A stretch of 64,000 nt of DNA from the human T2T-CHM13v2.0 reference genome, Homo sapiens (GCF_009914755.1 NC_060930.1), one strand, 5' to 3'. Shown: positions 1 to 19,437, numbered from the stretch's first letter. Numbers and translations: made by a program. The notes: generated by a model from the sequence alone, not told the origin.

Positions 1-119
1 GTTTCAGCAGATATATGTCAGGAAGACTCTACTAGATGCCAAAAATATTCTTACAAAATGTAAAGCACCTTAGCAGTGTGGTAGGAAGCACTTGTGTAGT
101 GGTTAAGAGTGGGCTCTGG

Positions 120-1920
120 GAAACACCTCCAGAGTGGCAGAGTAAGGACTACTGGAAATCTGCTCCTCCATAGAGCAATGAGAACACTTGCAAATATGAT
201 CACAGCTGACCTTTCCAGAACTCTGGAAGTGAAGCAAACAACAATCTGAGGGGCATTTATTCAAGGAAAAAAACAAACAAACATAAATCTCAGTAAGAAG
301 AGTGACTTTGTGGAGTTTTAATTTGCCTTATTCTCACCCCACCTCCACAGTAGTCTTAAAAACCAGTAGCCTCAGTAGCTTTGCAAACTTGCAGCCTAGA
401 AACCAATGAAGGAGAGAAAATGAGTTTTGAACACTCCGAAAGCTCTTTCTCTCCAAATTGCCACTGCTTAACTTGCCTGGCAGCTCTCTGAAAAGCTCCA
501 TTCTCAGGGCTTGTTTTTATTTGATCTGATTCACAGCTCATTCTGAATCAGCCCTATTCATATAATGTATAAAAATAAAATAGAAGCAAATGTTTAACAT
601 CATAATGCCTGAAGGGGCAATACCACTTGAGACTAAAAAAGGGCTATCCAAAACACTTTGAAAGAAAAAACAGGGAATAAGATGTCCATAGGAGGCTTTG
701 AAAAACTCTGACATAGATAGCCACAAACATGTGCAGGGCTGTGAGCATGCCCAAAAGAAAAGCCCCAGGAAGGTCCTCATCTCTCATCTCTGGTTGATCT
801 TGAGGCTCTGTCCACACAGGAAGTGAAGGCTAATGAAGAATTTTAAACTGCCTGCGGGTTAATTAAAGACTTTCCCCAACACACACACAACGCTACTTGG
901 CTAAAGCTGGGGAGCTTTTGGCCCAAGGTATTTAAGGAAATCTCTGTCCAATTGTTATATGACCACTAAGCTAACTCAGCTCACTTCAGTGGCCATACAT
1001 GACAAGAAAAACAGACTTCATAGAATTAGTCCAAGAAGGTCACTAAATAAACGAGCAGCAGCAGCAAAAACAACAACAACAGCAAACATCAACAATAGGT
1101 GCTAGAGAACAGGAAATCTGATTTTAAGAATTGCCACATTATATTATTTTAAATGTTCAGTTTTCAACAAAAATTATAAGACACAGAAAGGATCAGAAAA
1201 GTATAGCCCATACACAGGAAGCAGCCAAGAGAAATTGGTATTAAGAAAGCTAAGACATTGGACTTACAAGACAAAGATCTTAAATTAGCCATTATAAATA
1301 TGTTCAAAGAACTGAAGGGAAACCATGAGAATTATATCTCATCAAATAGAGAATACGAATGAAAAGATAGAAATTATGAAAAGGAACCAAATAGAAATTC
1401 TGGAACTGAAAAGTACAATAACCAAAATGAAAAATTCACTAGTTTCAACAGTAGAGTTAAGCAGGCAGAAAGAAGAATCAATGAACTTGAAGGTAGGCCA
1501 ATTGAAATTATCCAATTTGAATAACAGAAGCAAAAAACTAAAACAAAATCAAAGCCCCAGAAACAGGTGAGATGTTACTTATGCAGTTGATGAAGTATAT
1601 TAACATTTTCCTAATGGGAGTCCCAGAAGAAGAGGAAAGAGAGCAAGTAGCAGAAAGAATATTTGAAGAAACGATAGCCAAAAATTTCCCAAATTCAATG
1701 AAAGATATTATTATGTACATTGAAAAAGTTCAAAAACTCCAAGTAGGATAAACTTAAGATATCTACACTTAGACACATCATATTCAAACTGTCAAAAGCT
1801 GAAGACAAATAGAGAATCTCTTTTTTACTTTTTTTCTTTTTCAAATCTCAGACCTGAGTGAAACAAAGAATCTTTAAGACAACATTAAAAAAATAATTTA
1901 CCATGTACAAGAGATAATCA
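120..1920 (+). mobile_element. Ancient L1M (L1MC/MD-like) 5' region and decayed ORF1
   Basis: ORF1-like peptide (KRNQIEILELKSTITKMKNSL) and the motif GGAGTCCCAGAAGAAGAGGAAAGAG. Boundaries approximate. Confidence 0.7.
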
Positions 1921-1994
1921 ATAAGATGATTTTAGTTTTCTCTCTTATTCGCTCTCTTATTTTTCTCTCTTCTCCATTTCTATTTATACTTCAT

Positions 1995-3500
<1,506 letters not shown>

Positions 3501-3525
3501 GATATATATATATATATATATATAT

Positions 3526-4223
<698 letters not shown>

Positions 4224-4841
4224 TAAAAAGAGTGGGCTCTGGGGTCAGCCCCCTTGGGTTTGTAATTCAGGTTCTGCCACTTATTGGCTGGGACCTTGGT
4301 TAAGTTACCGTGCCACTAACAGTAATTACCTTAACATGCTGTTAAGAGGTAGAAGTAAATTAATACATGTCAGCACTTAAATCAGGGCATTGCAAAAAAA
4401 AGTATTTTTGTGAACATGAGCTACTCTTATTCTTTGAAGGTGGCAAATAATGTTTTTTCCAACACTATTGTGTGCCTTCAGTGTATATTCTCAGTCCTCT
4501 AATGCTAAGGCTCATGGTCTAACTCCAGGTGATTTTCCTAAAACCAACTTGGCCAGAAATATGGTTAACAAGAAAATGTTTGAAAATAAGCATCTCTGAT
4601 AACTGTCCAGAATTGGCAACTGCAATGCATCATGGGATATTTTTACAAACCCTTAAGCATCTTTAAGCAATTTGGTCTACATTCTGAATTTTTCTTCTCT
4701 ACTATTTTACTTGGAATTCGTTTTTAGATCATTCTGCTTTGCAGACAGTGATTAAAATTGAAGATAATTTTACAATATAAAAGTCCAACTAGATGAGTCA
4801 TACACAGCATCTAAAATAATGTATAGAAGTGACAATAATTA

Positions 4842-5748
4842 GGGGGAGGAGCCAAGATGGCCGAATAGGAACAGCTCCAGTCTACAGCTCCCAGCGTGAG
4901 TGACACAGAAGACGGGTGATTTCTGCATTTCCATCTGAGGTACCGGGTTCATCTCACTAGGGAGTGCCAGACAGTGGGCGCAGGTTAGTGGGTGCGCGCA
5001 CCATGCGCGAGCCAAAGCAGGGTGAGGCATTGCCTCACTCGGGAAGCGCAAGGGGTCAGGGAGTTCCCTTCCCGAGTCAAAGAAAGGGGTGACAGACAGC
5101 ACCTGGAAAATCGGGTCACTCCCACCCAAATACTGCGCTTTTCTGACGGGCTTAAAAAACGGCACACCAGGAGATTATATCCCGCACCTGGCTCGGAGGG
5201 TCCTATGCCCACGGAGTCTCGCTGATTGCTAGCACAGCAGTCTGAGATCAAACAGCAAAGCAGCAGCAAGGCTGGCGGAGGGGCGCCCGCCATTGCCCAG
5301 GTTTGCTTAGGTAAACAAAGCGGCCAGGAAGCTCGAACTGGGTGGAGCCCACCACAGCTCAAGGAGGCCTGCCTGCCTCTGTAGGCTCCACCTCTGGGGG
5401 CAGGGCACAGACAAACAAAAAGACAGCAGTAACCTCTGCAGACTTAAATGTCCCTGTCTGACAGCTTTGAAGAGAGCAGTGGTTCTCCCAGCACACAGCT
5501 GGAGATCTGAGAAGGGGCAGACTGCCTCCTCAAGTGGGTCCCTGACCCCTGACCCCCAAGCAGCCTAACTGGGAGGCACCCCCCAGCAGGGGCACACTGA
5601 CACCTCACACGGCCGGGTACTCCAACAGATCTGCAGCTGAGGGTCCTGTCTGTTAGAAGGAAAACTGACAAACAGAAAGGACATCCACACCAAAAACCCA
5701 TCTGTACATCACCATCATCAAAGACCAAAAGTAGATAAAACCACAAAG
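4842..5748. promoter_or_regulatory. L1 5'UTR bidirectional promoter: sense promoter with YY1 site (CAAGATGGCCG, 4853-4863); antisense promoter about 5240-5440
   Basis: Complete 5'UTR with many CpGs retained. Promoter positions are from established L1 biology. Confidence 0.7.
4985..5293 (-). CDS. L1 ORF0-like open reading frame (102 aa), same strand as F13A1; expression unproven
   Basis: MAGAPPPALLLLCCLISDCCASNQRDSVGIGPSEPG...TRFSRC matches the ORF0 N-terminus. Donor-like sites fall after coding nt 106 (CAG|GTGCGG, 5188/5187) and nt 191 (CAG|GTGCTG, 5103/5102). Confidence 0.6.
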   Translation of the reverse strand: MAGAPPPALLLLCCLISDCCASNQRDSVGIGPSEPGAGYNLLVCRFLSPSEKRSIWVGVTRFSRCCLSPLSLTREGNSLTPCASRVRQCLTLLWLAHGARTH

Positions 5749-6764
5749 ATGGGGAAAAAACAGAGCAGAAAAACTGGAAACTCTAAAAAGCAGAGCGCCT
5801 CTCCTCCTCCAAAGGAATGCAGTTCCTCACCAGCAAAGGAACAAAGCTGGATGGAGAATAACTTTGACGAGCTGAGAGAAGAAGGCTTCAGACAATCAAA
5901 TTGCTCCGAGCTACGGGAGGACATTCAAACCAAAGGCAAAGAAGTTGAAAACTTTGAAAAAAATTTAGAAGAATGTATAACTAGAATAACCAATACAGAG
6001 AAGTGCTTAAAGGAGCTGATGGAGCTGAAAAGCAAGGCTCGAGAACTAAGTGAAGAATGCAGAAGCCTCAGGAGCCGATGCGATCAACTGGAAGAAAGGG
6101 TATCAGCGATGGAAGATGAAATGAATGAAATGAAGTGAGAAGGGAAGTTTAGAGAAAAAAGAATAAAAAGAAACCAGAAAAGCCTCCAAGAAATATGGGA
6201 CTATGTGAAAAGACCAAATCTACGTCTGATTGGTGTACCTGAAAGTGACGGGGAGAATGGAACCAAGTTGGAAAACACTCTGCAGGATACTATCCAGGAG
6301 AATTTCCCCAATCTAGCAAGGCAGGCCAACGTTCAGATTCAGGAAATACAGAGAACACCACAAAGATACTCCTCGAGACGAGCAACTCCAAGACACATAA
6401 TTGTCAGATTCACCAAAGTTGAAATGAAGGAAAAAATGTTAAGGGCAGCCAGAGAGAAAGGTCGGGTTACCCTCAAAGGGAAGCCCATCAGACTAACAGC
6501 GGATCTCTCGGCAGAAACTCTACAAGCCAGAAGAGAGTGGGGGCCAATATTCAACATTCTTAAAGAAAGAATTTTCAACCCCGAATTTCATATCCAGCCA
6601 AACTAAGCTTCATAAGTGAAGGAGAAATAAAATACTTTACAGACAAGCAAATGCTGAGAGATTTTGTCACCACCAGGCCTGCCCTAAAAGAGCTCCTGAA
6701 GGAAGCGCTAAACATGGAAAGGAACAACCGGTACCAGCCGCTGCAAAATCATGCCAAAATGTAA
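5749..6764 (+). pseudogene. L1 ORF1p, disrupted
   Basis: MGKKQSRKTGNSK... Premature TGA at 6136-6138 (CGA>TGA) and a 1-nt deletion near 6568. Span is 1016 nt versus 1017 for an intact ORF1. Confidence 0.93.
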
Positions 6765-6812
6765 AGACCATCGAGACTAGGAAGAAACTGCATCAACTAA
6801 CGAGCAAAATAA

Positions 6813-10650
<3,838 letters not shown>

Positions 10651-12559
10651 ACAATGAGAACATATGGACACAGGAAGGGGAACATAACACTCTGCGGCCT
10701 GTTGTGGGGTGGGGGGAGGGGGGAGGGATAGCACTGGGAGATATACCTAATGCTGGATGACGAGTTAGTGGGTGCAGCGCACCAGCATGGCACATGTATA
10801 CATATGTTACTAACCTGCACGTTGTGCACATGTACCCTAAAACTTAAAGTATAATAATAAAAATAAATAAAAATAAAAATAAAATAATGTATAGAAGAAC
10901 AATCTCAATTTCAAAAATGCACCTACAATGTGTGAAACACCATATGAGTACTGAGGACATAATGAGAATTAGGATTATACACTGATTAGGGCAGTGTCCC
11001 AGGTGTGAAAGCTGGTTAATTTCTGCTCTAAAATGTGCTTTGAAAAAGGTTTGTTTATAGATTAAGACCACCCATTGCAGCATGGAGTTTTTATGCATTA
11101 AAAATTTTTTCCAAGCAATTCTGTTTATTCAGTGCTTGCTCTATGCCCTGCACACTGTTACATGCTGACAAAACAACAAAAATAAAATAGATCAGACACT
11201 GCTCCCCCTGTGGGTGGGTGCATTCCGGTGGGGAAAAGCTGAGAGGAGGACACCAACCCTCACCCAGAATCATCCTATCAGACCACACTCTCTCCAGCAA
11301 AAGAACACAGGGAGGCTTCTTCATTTAGAAGGAGCGAAGCCTTTCATTGAAAAATCTTTCTTGATCCTAGTAAGTGCCAACGTCTCTGTCTTTTAAAATT
11401 GTTTCCATTTTGACTGTGACCTTTGTATAATGAGGTGATCAAGCTGAGCTCTTCCAAGGTGAGGCCAAACCATTGCTGTCCCCCTGCCCCTCTGAGTAGC
11501 CCTGACTCCCTCCTCACTGAGCCCTCGTATTCTATTTGCTGTTTGGACTGCAGCTAAACATTGAGCAAGCGTCTTCATTAAACTGTCCAGTGATTCATAG
11601 CTGCCTTCCCCCCAGAGGTTACACATAATTCAGAACTCATCAGCACGCTGGGGACAGGCGGCCGAAATTGCTCCTTCTGGGATCTGCTACTTTGCATTTG
11701 CCCACTTGGGGTTTCATTTGCTACCCTGGGATCTAATTACTCTGCCCTGCTCTGCCCTTCTGAGGTTCCTGAGTCCCCAGCCCTCTCCTGAACAGCTAAG
11801 GAGCTCAGACCATGGCCTCTGTTGGCGTCAACAGTGGGGCCGCTCTGTGCAAAACTGTAGCCCCCCTGAGGTGAGGCTCCCTCTTGGAAGGAAACATCCT
11901 TCATGCAGGGGACCTACGGTGGCAAACCAGGAAGCAGTCTGTCCTTGATGGTCTGCAGTAGTAAGGCGAGAAGGGTCACAGCAAGAGACAGAGCCAAACT
12001 TGTCACTCCTGGCTCTGGAGTGTGGCGAGCAGAATACACCTCTCACACCCTCTTGTACTTTTCCTCTGAGCCTCCCTGCTGGCTGATTTCTGGTTTCGGC
12101 AGGCTGGGATTTGGCTGAGTCATGGAGAAGAGGACACCCTGAGTCACTGAGACCTAACTGGACAAACTGATTCATCACAAACTGTGGACCATTGGGACCT
12201 GAGTGTTGAAGAAGAAATAGATGGTGGAGGATGAGAGATTGTTCTCAGGTCTCCTTTACTTGGAGAGGAGAGGGGCCCCAGCCACAAACCAACCAGGAGC
12301 GGGGAAGACAGGTTGAGGTGGGTGTGTTTGACCAGAGCCTGTGGAGGGAGGTAAGTATGAGGCCAATAGCTCCTGAGATCCTTGCTAGGAAATCCATCAG
12401 GCCATGTGTCGCCAGTCTACACCGCACTGACCTCACAGAGGTCAGCTGATGCCCAGCAAATCATTCCCACCCCCACCTCAGCCCCTGTTTAGCCTCCACC
12501 CTCACCCTCACCCTCACCCTTCCTCACCAGCCCTATGCTCAGGCAGCCCCTGCTTCTTA

Positions 12560-12790
12560 CCAGTGACCAATAATAATTAAATCAGCATCAGGCCTACCTC
12601 TATGGTAAGCACTCTACCTGGATGACCTGATTTAATCATTATAGTCACTCCATCGGGAAATGGTAACTACTAAGATTACTTTCATTCTACTGATGAAGAA
12701 AATGAAGCTCAGAGAGGTGAAGTCATTTTCTCAAAGCCACACAGCAAGTAGCTGCCCAAGCCAGAGCTTGACATAGGAGTGTGGCTGTGG
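12560..12790 (-). mobile_element. MIR
   Basis: MIR core-like GATGAAGAAAATGAAGCTCAGAGAGGTGAAGTCA...CAAAGCCACACAGC. Similar MIR remnants near 13090-13250, 14650-14840, 48420-48650 and 61550-61710. Confidence 0.7.
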
Positions 12791-13717
12791 TGATCATGCA
12801 CTGGCTGATCTGTCTGGGGACAGCCCGCACTAACCTCCTCAATCCAGGAGAGTCTTAGCCATACTCTTGTTTTCCTGGACCACCTATAACTTCTAAGGTG
12901 CATGGGTGTTTGCACTGGTGAGGCCAAGTGTCTGCTTTTTCTTTAAAAATACCCCAAAGTAACAGAAATAGCACAGTCATCTTAGGACACTGGGCATCCC
13001 TCTTTTTCTGACCGCTTTGATGTACTTGGGTTGATGGAAACATATTGCCTCTAAGAAATTCCAGCTGTGTGACTAATAATGAAGGCAATAATAGCAGCTA
13101 ACGTTCATTAGGCACCTGTTATGCTCGGCTCTGTGATGAGTGAAGCAGGGAATATTGTTCTCTCCACTTTAGAGGAGAAAAGAGGCACAGAGAGGTTGTG
13201 CCTTGCCCAAAGTCACACAGCTTGGGCAGTAGCAGAGCCAAGTCTTGGCCTCAGATCCCACTGAGCCCTTTAATCCCTGTGCTTCATGGTCTGGGCACGT
13301 CCTGAGTTGTGCTGGTCTCAGCCCCGCAGTCAGTCAGAGCATCTGATCAGGCATCATGCGTTGAAAACCTACTACAAGCCAGGCAAAGGAAGGGAAGAGG
13401 AGTCTCGGGCAGTGGTCTGCAGTGGAGGGTGGGTGAGGGTCCCAGGCCAGGAAGAACAGTCTCAGGGTGATGGGATATTTGAGTAAGGCACCAAAGGAAC
13501 AAATGGTGTCAGGAAAAGGGGAAGTAATTTGGAGCAGGGACCTGAATGAGGACAGGGTTACCAAGGGCAAGATCTACCTTCGCTATTTTGTATTAACTCT
13601 GTTTAGGGCCTGTGGGGTTATTTGTAGGAGTGCCTCATAGGGACTTATTTGATGATGGGAGGTACCTGAATCAAGGAGCTGGGAAAGATAACTTTGAACT
13701 GCACTTAGCTACAAAGG

Positions 13718-13770
13718 CTGTGTGTGTGTGTCTGTGTGTCTGTCTGTGTGTGTGTGTGTGTGTCTGTGTG
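13718..13770. repeat. Interrupted (TG)n microsatellite
   Basis: tgtgtgtgtgtgtctgtgtgtctgtctgtgtgtg... Confidence 0.9.
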
Positions 13771-15208
13771 TTTTTAAGGAAGAGATATGGAGAATGCCAA
13801 ATAACTATCTTTTTGTCATTTTTAACAATTGCAATGAGTTTTTGGGGTGACTATTTTGGTCTGTTTTGTCATCCCATATACATGCAGGGCTGCTATATTA
13901 TAATTCTGCAGGCTTAAAGTGTTCTTTAAATTTCTGTTCAATTTACAGAGACAAGGTTTTGTCTTACACGTGCCCTCCAGCTTACTATGGCTCAGCTCAT
14001 TCCCTTCCAATGAACCGAACTATTTTTAATTCATGGTAGCACTTTGCTACTCATTCAGCAATTTCATTTCAACATTCTCCAATGAATGTGTGCCCCTACT
14101 GGTGAGTTAATACTGCTGCTACAACTGTGATCCATTCCTGTAACATGAAGTTCAGGCACTTCTAACTTTTAGTTTTGCTTAAAATGAACTTGTAACTTCC
14201 TACCATCCCCATTTGGATGCTTGTATAACAGAAAGTGTTTTAGCTTTATTATTTGTGCATGAGACTCATTTTTGGCTTAGAAGTTCTACCTAGCTCAATG
14301 CCTGACCACAGAGGAACTTATGCCCCAATTTCCTCCCACACAGACCTTGATAAAAATTCTTCCTACTTAAACTCTTAGGATTTTTTTCGTTTCTTCTTAG
14401 TGTATTGATTTGGACTTAGGGGGTCTCAAGGAAAAATGGAATTTCCCTGGGATCTTAAGTTCCCTCTAGCCAGCTTGTAACAAAGCTGTTCAGGGCAGTG
14501 AGAGAACCCCACAGCTGGTTTTGGGGAACAATTTCAGCTTTACTCCCATTTCTATATCTCAATGAAAGGTGACAATATAATCAAGGAGAATCTCATCTTT
14601 ACATTCGAAAAGAAAACCTATACTGCTGAAGTCATTTAAAAGGTTGTGGTTAATGGTCAGAAGCATTTGGGTTTATTCCCAGCTCAACAGATGTATGACC
14701 GTGAGCAAGCCTTTTTGGGCCTCAGTTTCCTCATTTGTAAATGGCGATATTAATAACATCCACCTGATACAACTAAAAAGAACTGGATAAGATCATGCAT
14801 ACACCAAGACCGATGCATAGTAAATACTAAATAAATGTTAGCTCTATTAGTCCCAGGGCACTGACCCAGAGAACGCTTGGCTCCAATACTTCTGCTATTA
14901 ACTGTAATATTAATATATCAAGGTAGAGAGGAACTAGTATAGGCATATGCAGCAGCTAAAACTATGACCTTTTTTTGGTGGTTGCTATTATAAGGAATGA
15001 TTGATTTTTATCACTAGGAACCCAAACTGTCTCTTCAGTAACATTTCTAATCATTTGCTAGAACATTCTTTGACAATCAGAGTTTTCTGCCTGTGCTGTT
15101 GAATGGTCCTCAAAATAGAACAGAAACATCAGATTGAGTCTATCTTGTGGTAAATGTGTAACATTACTATAATGTGACATCAGCCAATGCCATTGTCAAT
15201 CAAACTCA

Positions 15209-15502
<294 letters not shown>

Positions 15503-17845
15503 TCATTCAACCCCATGGGGGCGGTAGAGAGAAATCTTGCTGTGTGATCCTTCAGAATTGCAGCTGGTGTCAGGTGAAGCCAACTAGAGTAGAATCCCAA
15601 CAGGGTTCTAATTGTTTCGTTTCTAAGCGTTTGATCATCAACGTAGTATTATTTTAGTCCCATGAATGGGACTATGTTCCCGAAAATACAATTTTAAAAA
15701 CCCACTAATAGGAAGTTAGGAATTTACAGAGTAGGTCCTTGGTGGAATTTGCTGTCTTGGCCAGAATTTGCTCCTGTGACATGCATTGGTGGGTGACACC
15801 ACAGATTCATTTTAGTTCATTTTAATAGATAACAAATTATCTGAATACCTTTCTTGCCATATGTACCTACTGATTAAACTTAATCCAAATGCCCTCCCTG
15901 CCTCCCAGGACACCAGACATCAGGGCTCATTGAAAATAATTCAGCTGACAATTTTAAGATTAATGACTTGGCTTGCCTTTTTATTTTCTCCTTCAGAATA
16001 GTTTAGCATTTTTAACCAAAGACTACCCACCTCCTTCAACAGAACAACCTTGGAAGTCCAAACTGGAGTCTGGTAGAGATTCAAGGGTCCCCCTCCTTAA
16101 AGGACTTGATCTTAATGCCCCAAACAACAGTGGCAGCTGCCACGGGCCTCCCGTTCCCATTTTCCTTTCTTGATTTTCAGCCCTGTTCACCCAGGGTCTT
16201 ATCAATAAAACGATTGCCACTCTCATTCTGTTTCTGGCTGAACACTAATTCACATTATCCCAGACACGACTTGGTCAAGACTCTGCCTTACTCATAATTT
16301 CAAGAAAGTGAGGCTTGACTTTAGGGCACCTGTTCCTCCTTCCCCCAATTTCCATCTTCAGGTTTACTCTCGTTGTGACTTCCCCACTGTGTGTTTCTGC
16401 CTTTTCTTGATTTACCGCCAAAGCCTGTTTTCAGGCATAGATTGGATAACCTTTTTATGCCAAAGACACGAACGGATGTAAGGTGTTCACTATTTTATCT
16501 TGTTGTGAGCCGGAAGGAATTACACTGGGATAGTGAAATTGTAGGCATGGGGAGAACTTGGGTCCTTTCTGTCTTCTAAAATCATTTCACAAGAGTGGTT
16601 GCCTCTGTTGGGCATCTTTTACCTTGTCTTGGTTTGGGAGCCTCGAGGGATGGGATGACCTCCAACCTTTAACCTACCATGAAGTTCCGGCTTCTATCTG
16701 GAACTTCAGAGACCAGTGCTTCTAGGGGACTATACTTTTGATTTTCATTGCTCCCAAGAAATATGTATTCCTTCTTCCCTGGGTTATATTTAAATGGCTA
16801 AGAAAATAATCTTATCCTGTTTGATACTATGGGAAAATAAAACAAAACAAAACTCATGACTTTTTTTTTTTAAATTTAGATCACCAAGTCTTAGACTGTT
16901 GAGACTTTGAGCTAAAACAAATAGGTTTTGTAATCATTTTTTTAAATGACCTCCCTCCAGCCTCCAACCCCTCCCTTTGTTTTTGATTTAAAAAATGTTA
17001 GCTAGGTAAAAATTCTTTATTAATGAGCAGGCAGAAAGGACACCCCAACTTGAGCTTAATGTTTCTCCAAGGCTGTAGAAATGACTTGTGAATGAAAATC
17101 ATTACCAGTGATGAAGACATACTGAAATAAATGTATTTTTAAAAATATTCACTGAATTAATTGTAATATCGTCTGGGTCTAGAGAGGCAAATGCCTCTGA
17201 AAAATGATGCATGACACTGAAGAGAATAATTCTGTTCTCATATGCTTTCCTCTACAGATTGGATGTTGGGTGGATTAAAAACCAGAGGGGAAACTGGAGA
17301 GGGAAAGATTGTTCATTATGTTCTGATCTCTAATTGCTCAGGGGCATTGAGAAATGTGGAAAAATGAATATGAGACCACCTGCTATAATACCTTCCATAA
17401 CTGGGATAAAAATTAAGTGTATATATTTATAAAATTCTCAATAATAAATAAATACGCATATTTATACAACTTCTCAATGATAAATAAGCAATATATATCT
17501 TTTGTTATTTATTATTTTAGTTTTAACTGTTTTAGTTTTTTTAAAATGTGGTGGCTGAAAAGAAAATGGCTTTTTTCTCTATATTTTTACTGTAACCCTC
17601 TATTTCTTCGGGTGTTAAGTGATGGATTACACAGGATATAGTCTATCATTCTTTCTATAAAGATTCTGCAGTCAAAGAGAAACTATGAGCATATTTGGCC
17701 CACTACAATTTAATTATGCATTGACTACATCCCAGAATGGCTCACCCATAAATTCTATAGTGTCAACAGGGGCTGCTATGTCTCTTTGTTAGGTTATAGA
17801 AAAAATGTCTTAGAGTGAAGTTTCCTTTATATTAAAAAGAAATTA

Positions 17846-18037
<192 letters not shown>

Positions 18038-18493
18038 CTAAATGAGTCCGTGAGAAGTGAGAAGGAAGAAAGTTCATTTAGGTTTGTCTACTCCAGGCTA
18101 TGCATGGCGCAAGCTATGGCTGCCATTGCCTTCTATATGTTGTGCCCAGTGAAAAGAGTTCCACTTCTGTTCGGTTTACCATTACATTGTTAGAAAAAAA
18201 AGATGCAAAAACTAAATACGCAAGAGGAGACCAAGTAACCAAGATTGCCTGTTAAATCGCATATTATAGCAAGGCAAAGTTGAACGGCAGATAGGAGGAG
18301 TGTGACACCTACCGGATTGGAAGAAGACATACATAGGACACTTGGTTTGGGCTAGGTTAGTGCTCAAGAATGATGTGGGGAAGAGAGGAAGAAGACCTAC
18401 AAAAGATAAAATCTCAAGTAGGGAACTTGTCTTGGTGGAAAGATAACTCAAAACTCACAAATGAGAAATTAGTGGTCTAATGGATTTTGACTT

Positions 18494-18593
18494 TCATTTT
18501 GAGTGGTAGACTCTACCGACTTGAAAAAGTTAACAGATGTTGTCATTTTGAGTGGTAGACTCTAATGAATTGAAAAAGTTAACAGATGTTGTC
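18494..18593. repeat. 49-bp tandem duplication
   Basis: TCATTTTGAGTGGTAGACTCTA..GA.TTGAAAAAGTTAACAGATGTTG twice, with 3 mismatches. Confidence 0.9.
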
Positions 18594-18649
18594 TTGGAAT
18601 CATTAAGAGTTAAGAAAATAGATTCCCATGGGATGCTTACAGAGGTTTT

Positions 18650-18979
<330 letters not shown>

Positions 18980-19437
18980 CAGAGCTTCTTTTTCCCTTTG
19001 TAAAATTCACTTAAGTATTCTTTCTTATGATTGTTTAAACAGATTAAAGTTTTAGAGTTTTCTTAGAAGGTATTTCTGTTTCCATAAAGAACCTGGGATG
19101 TTATGGTTTAAATATGGAAGAGACTTTAGCAGAGAAAGGCAATCTTGAATATCTGGATAAAACTTGCCACACCTTCAGACTACATTCATCTTGTAGCAGC
19201 AGACCTAAAGTGCAGGAGCAAAGACCTTTTGTGTTTACATAGTAAAACAAAGGCCAAGAGGTAACAGTTTCAAGGCATCTTGCCAGTTTTTTTCTGGGCA
19301 CTGCTGAATCTACCTCTCTTGGTGTAATGTTGATCATGTTTAATTACAGTCAGAAGAGTTTAGGTGGGGAGTCCAGGAGCTTTTCCAAAAACTGGTGCCA
19401 TTTCAACAATGTTTACATTGACATTACAATGGTGTGG

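Noticed and set aside
10704-10729. G-quadruplex-forming tract
   Set aside because: Standard L1PA 3'UTR polypurine tract, not specific to this locus.
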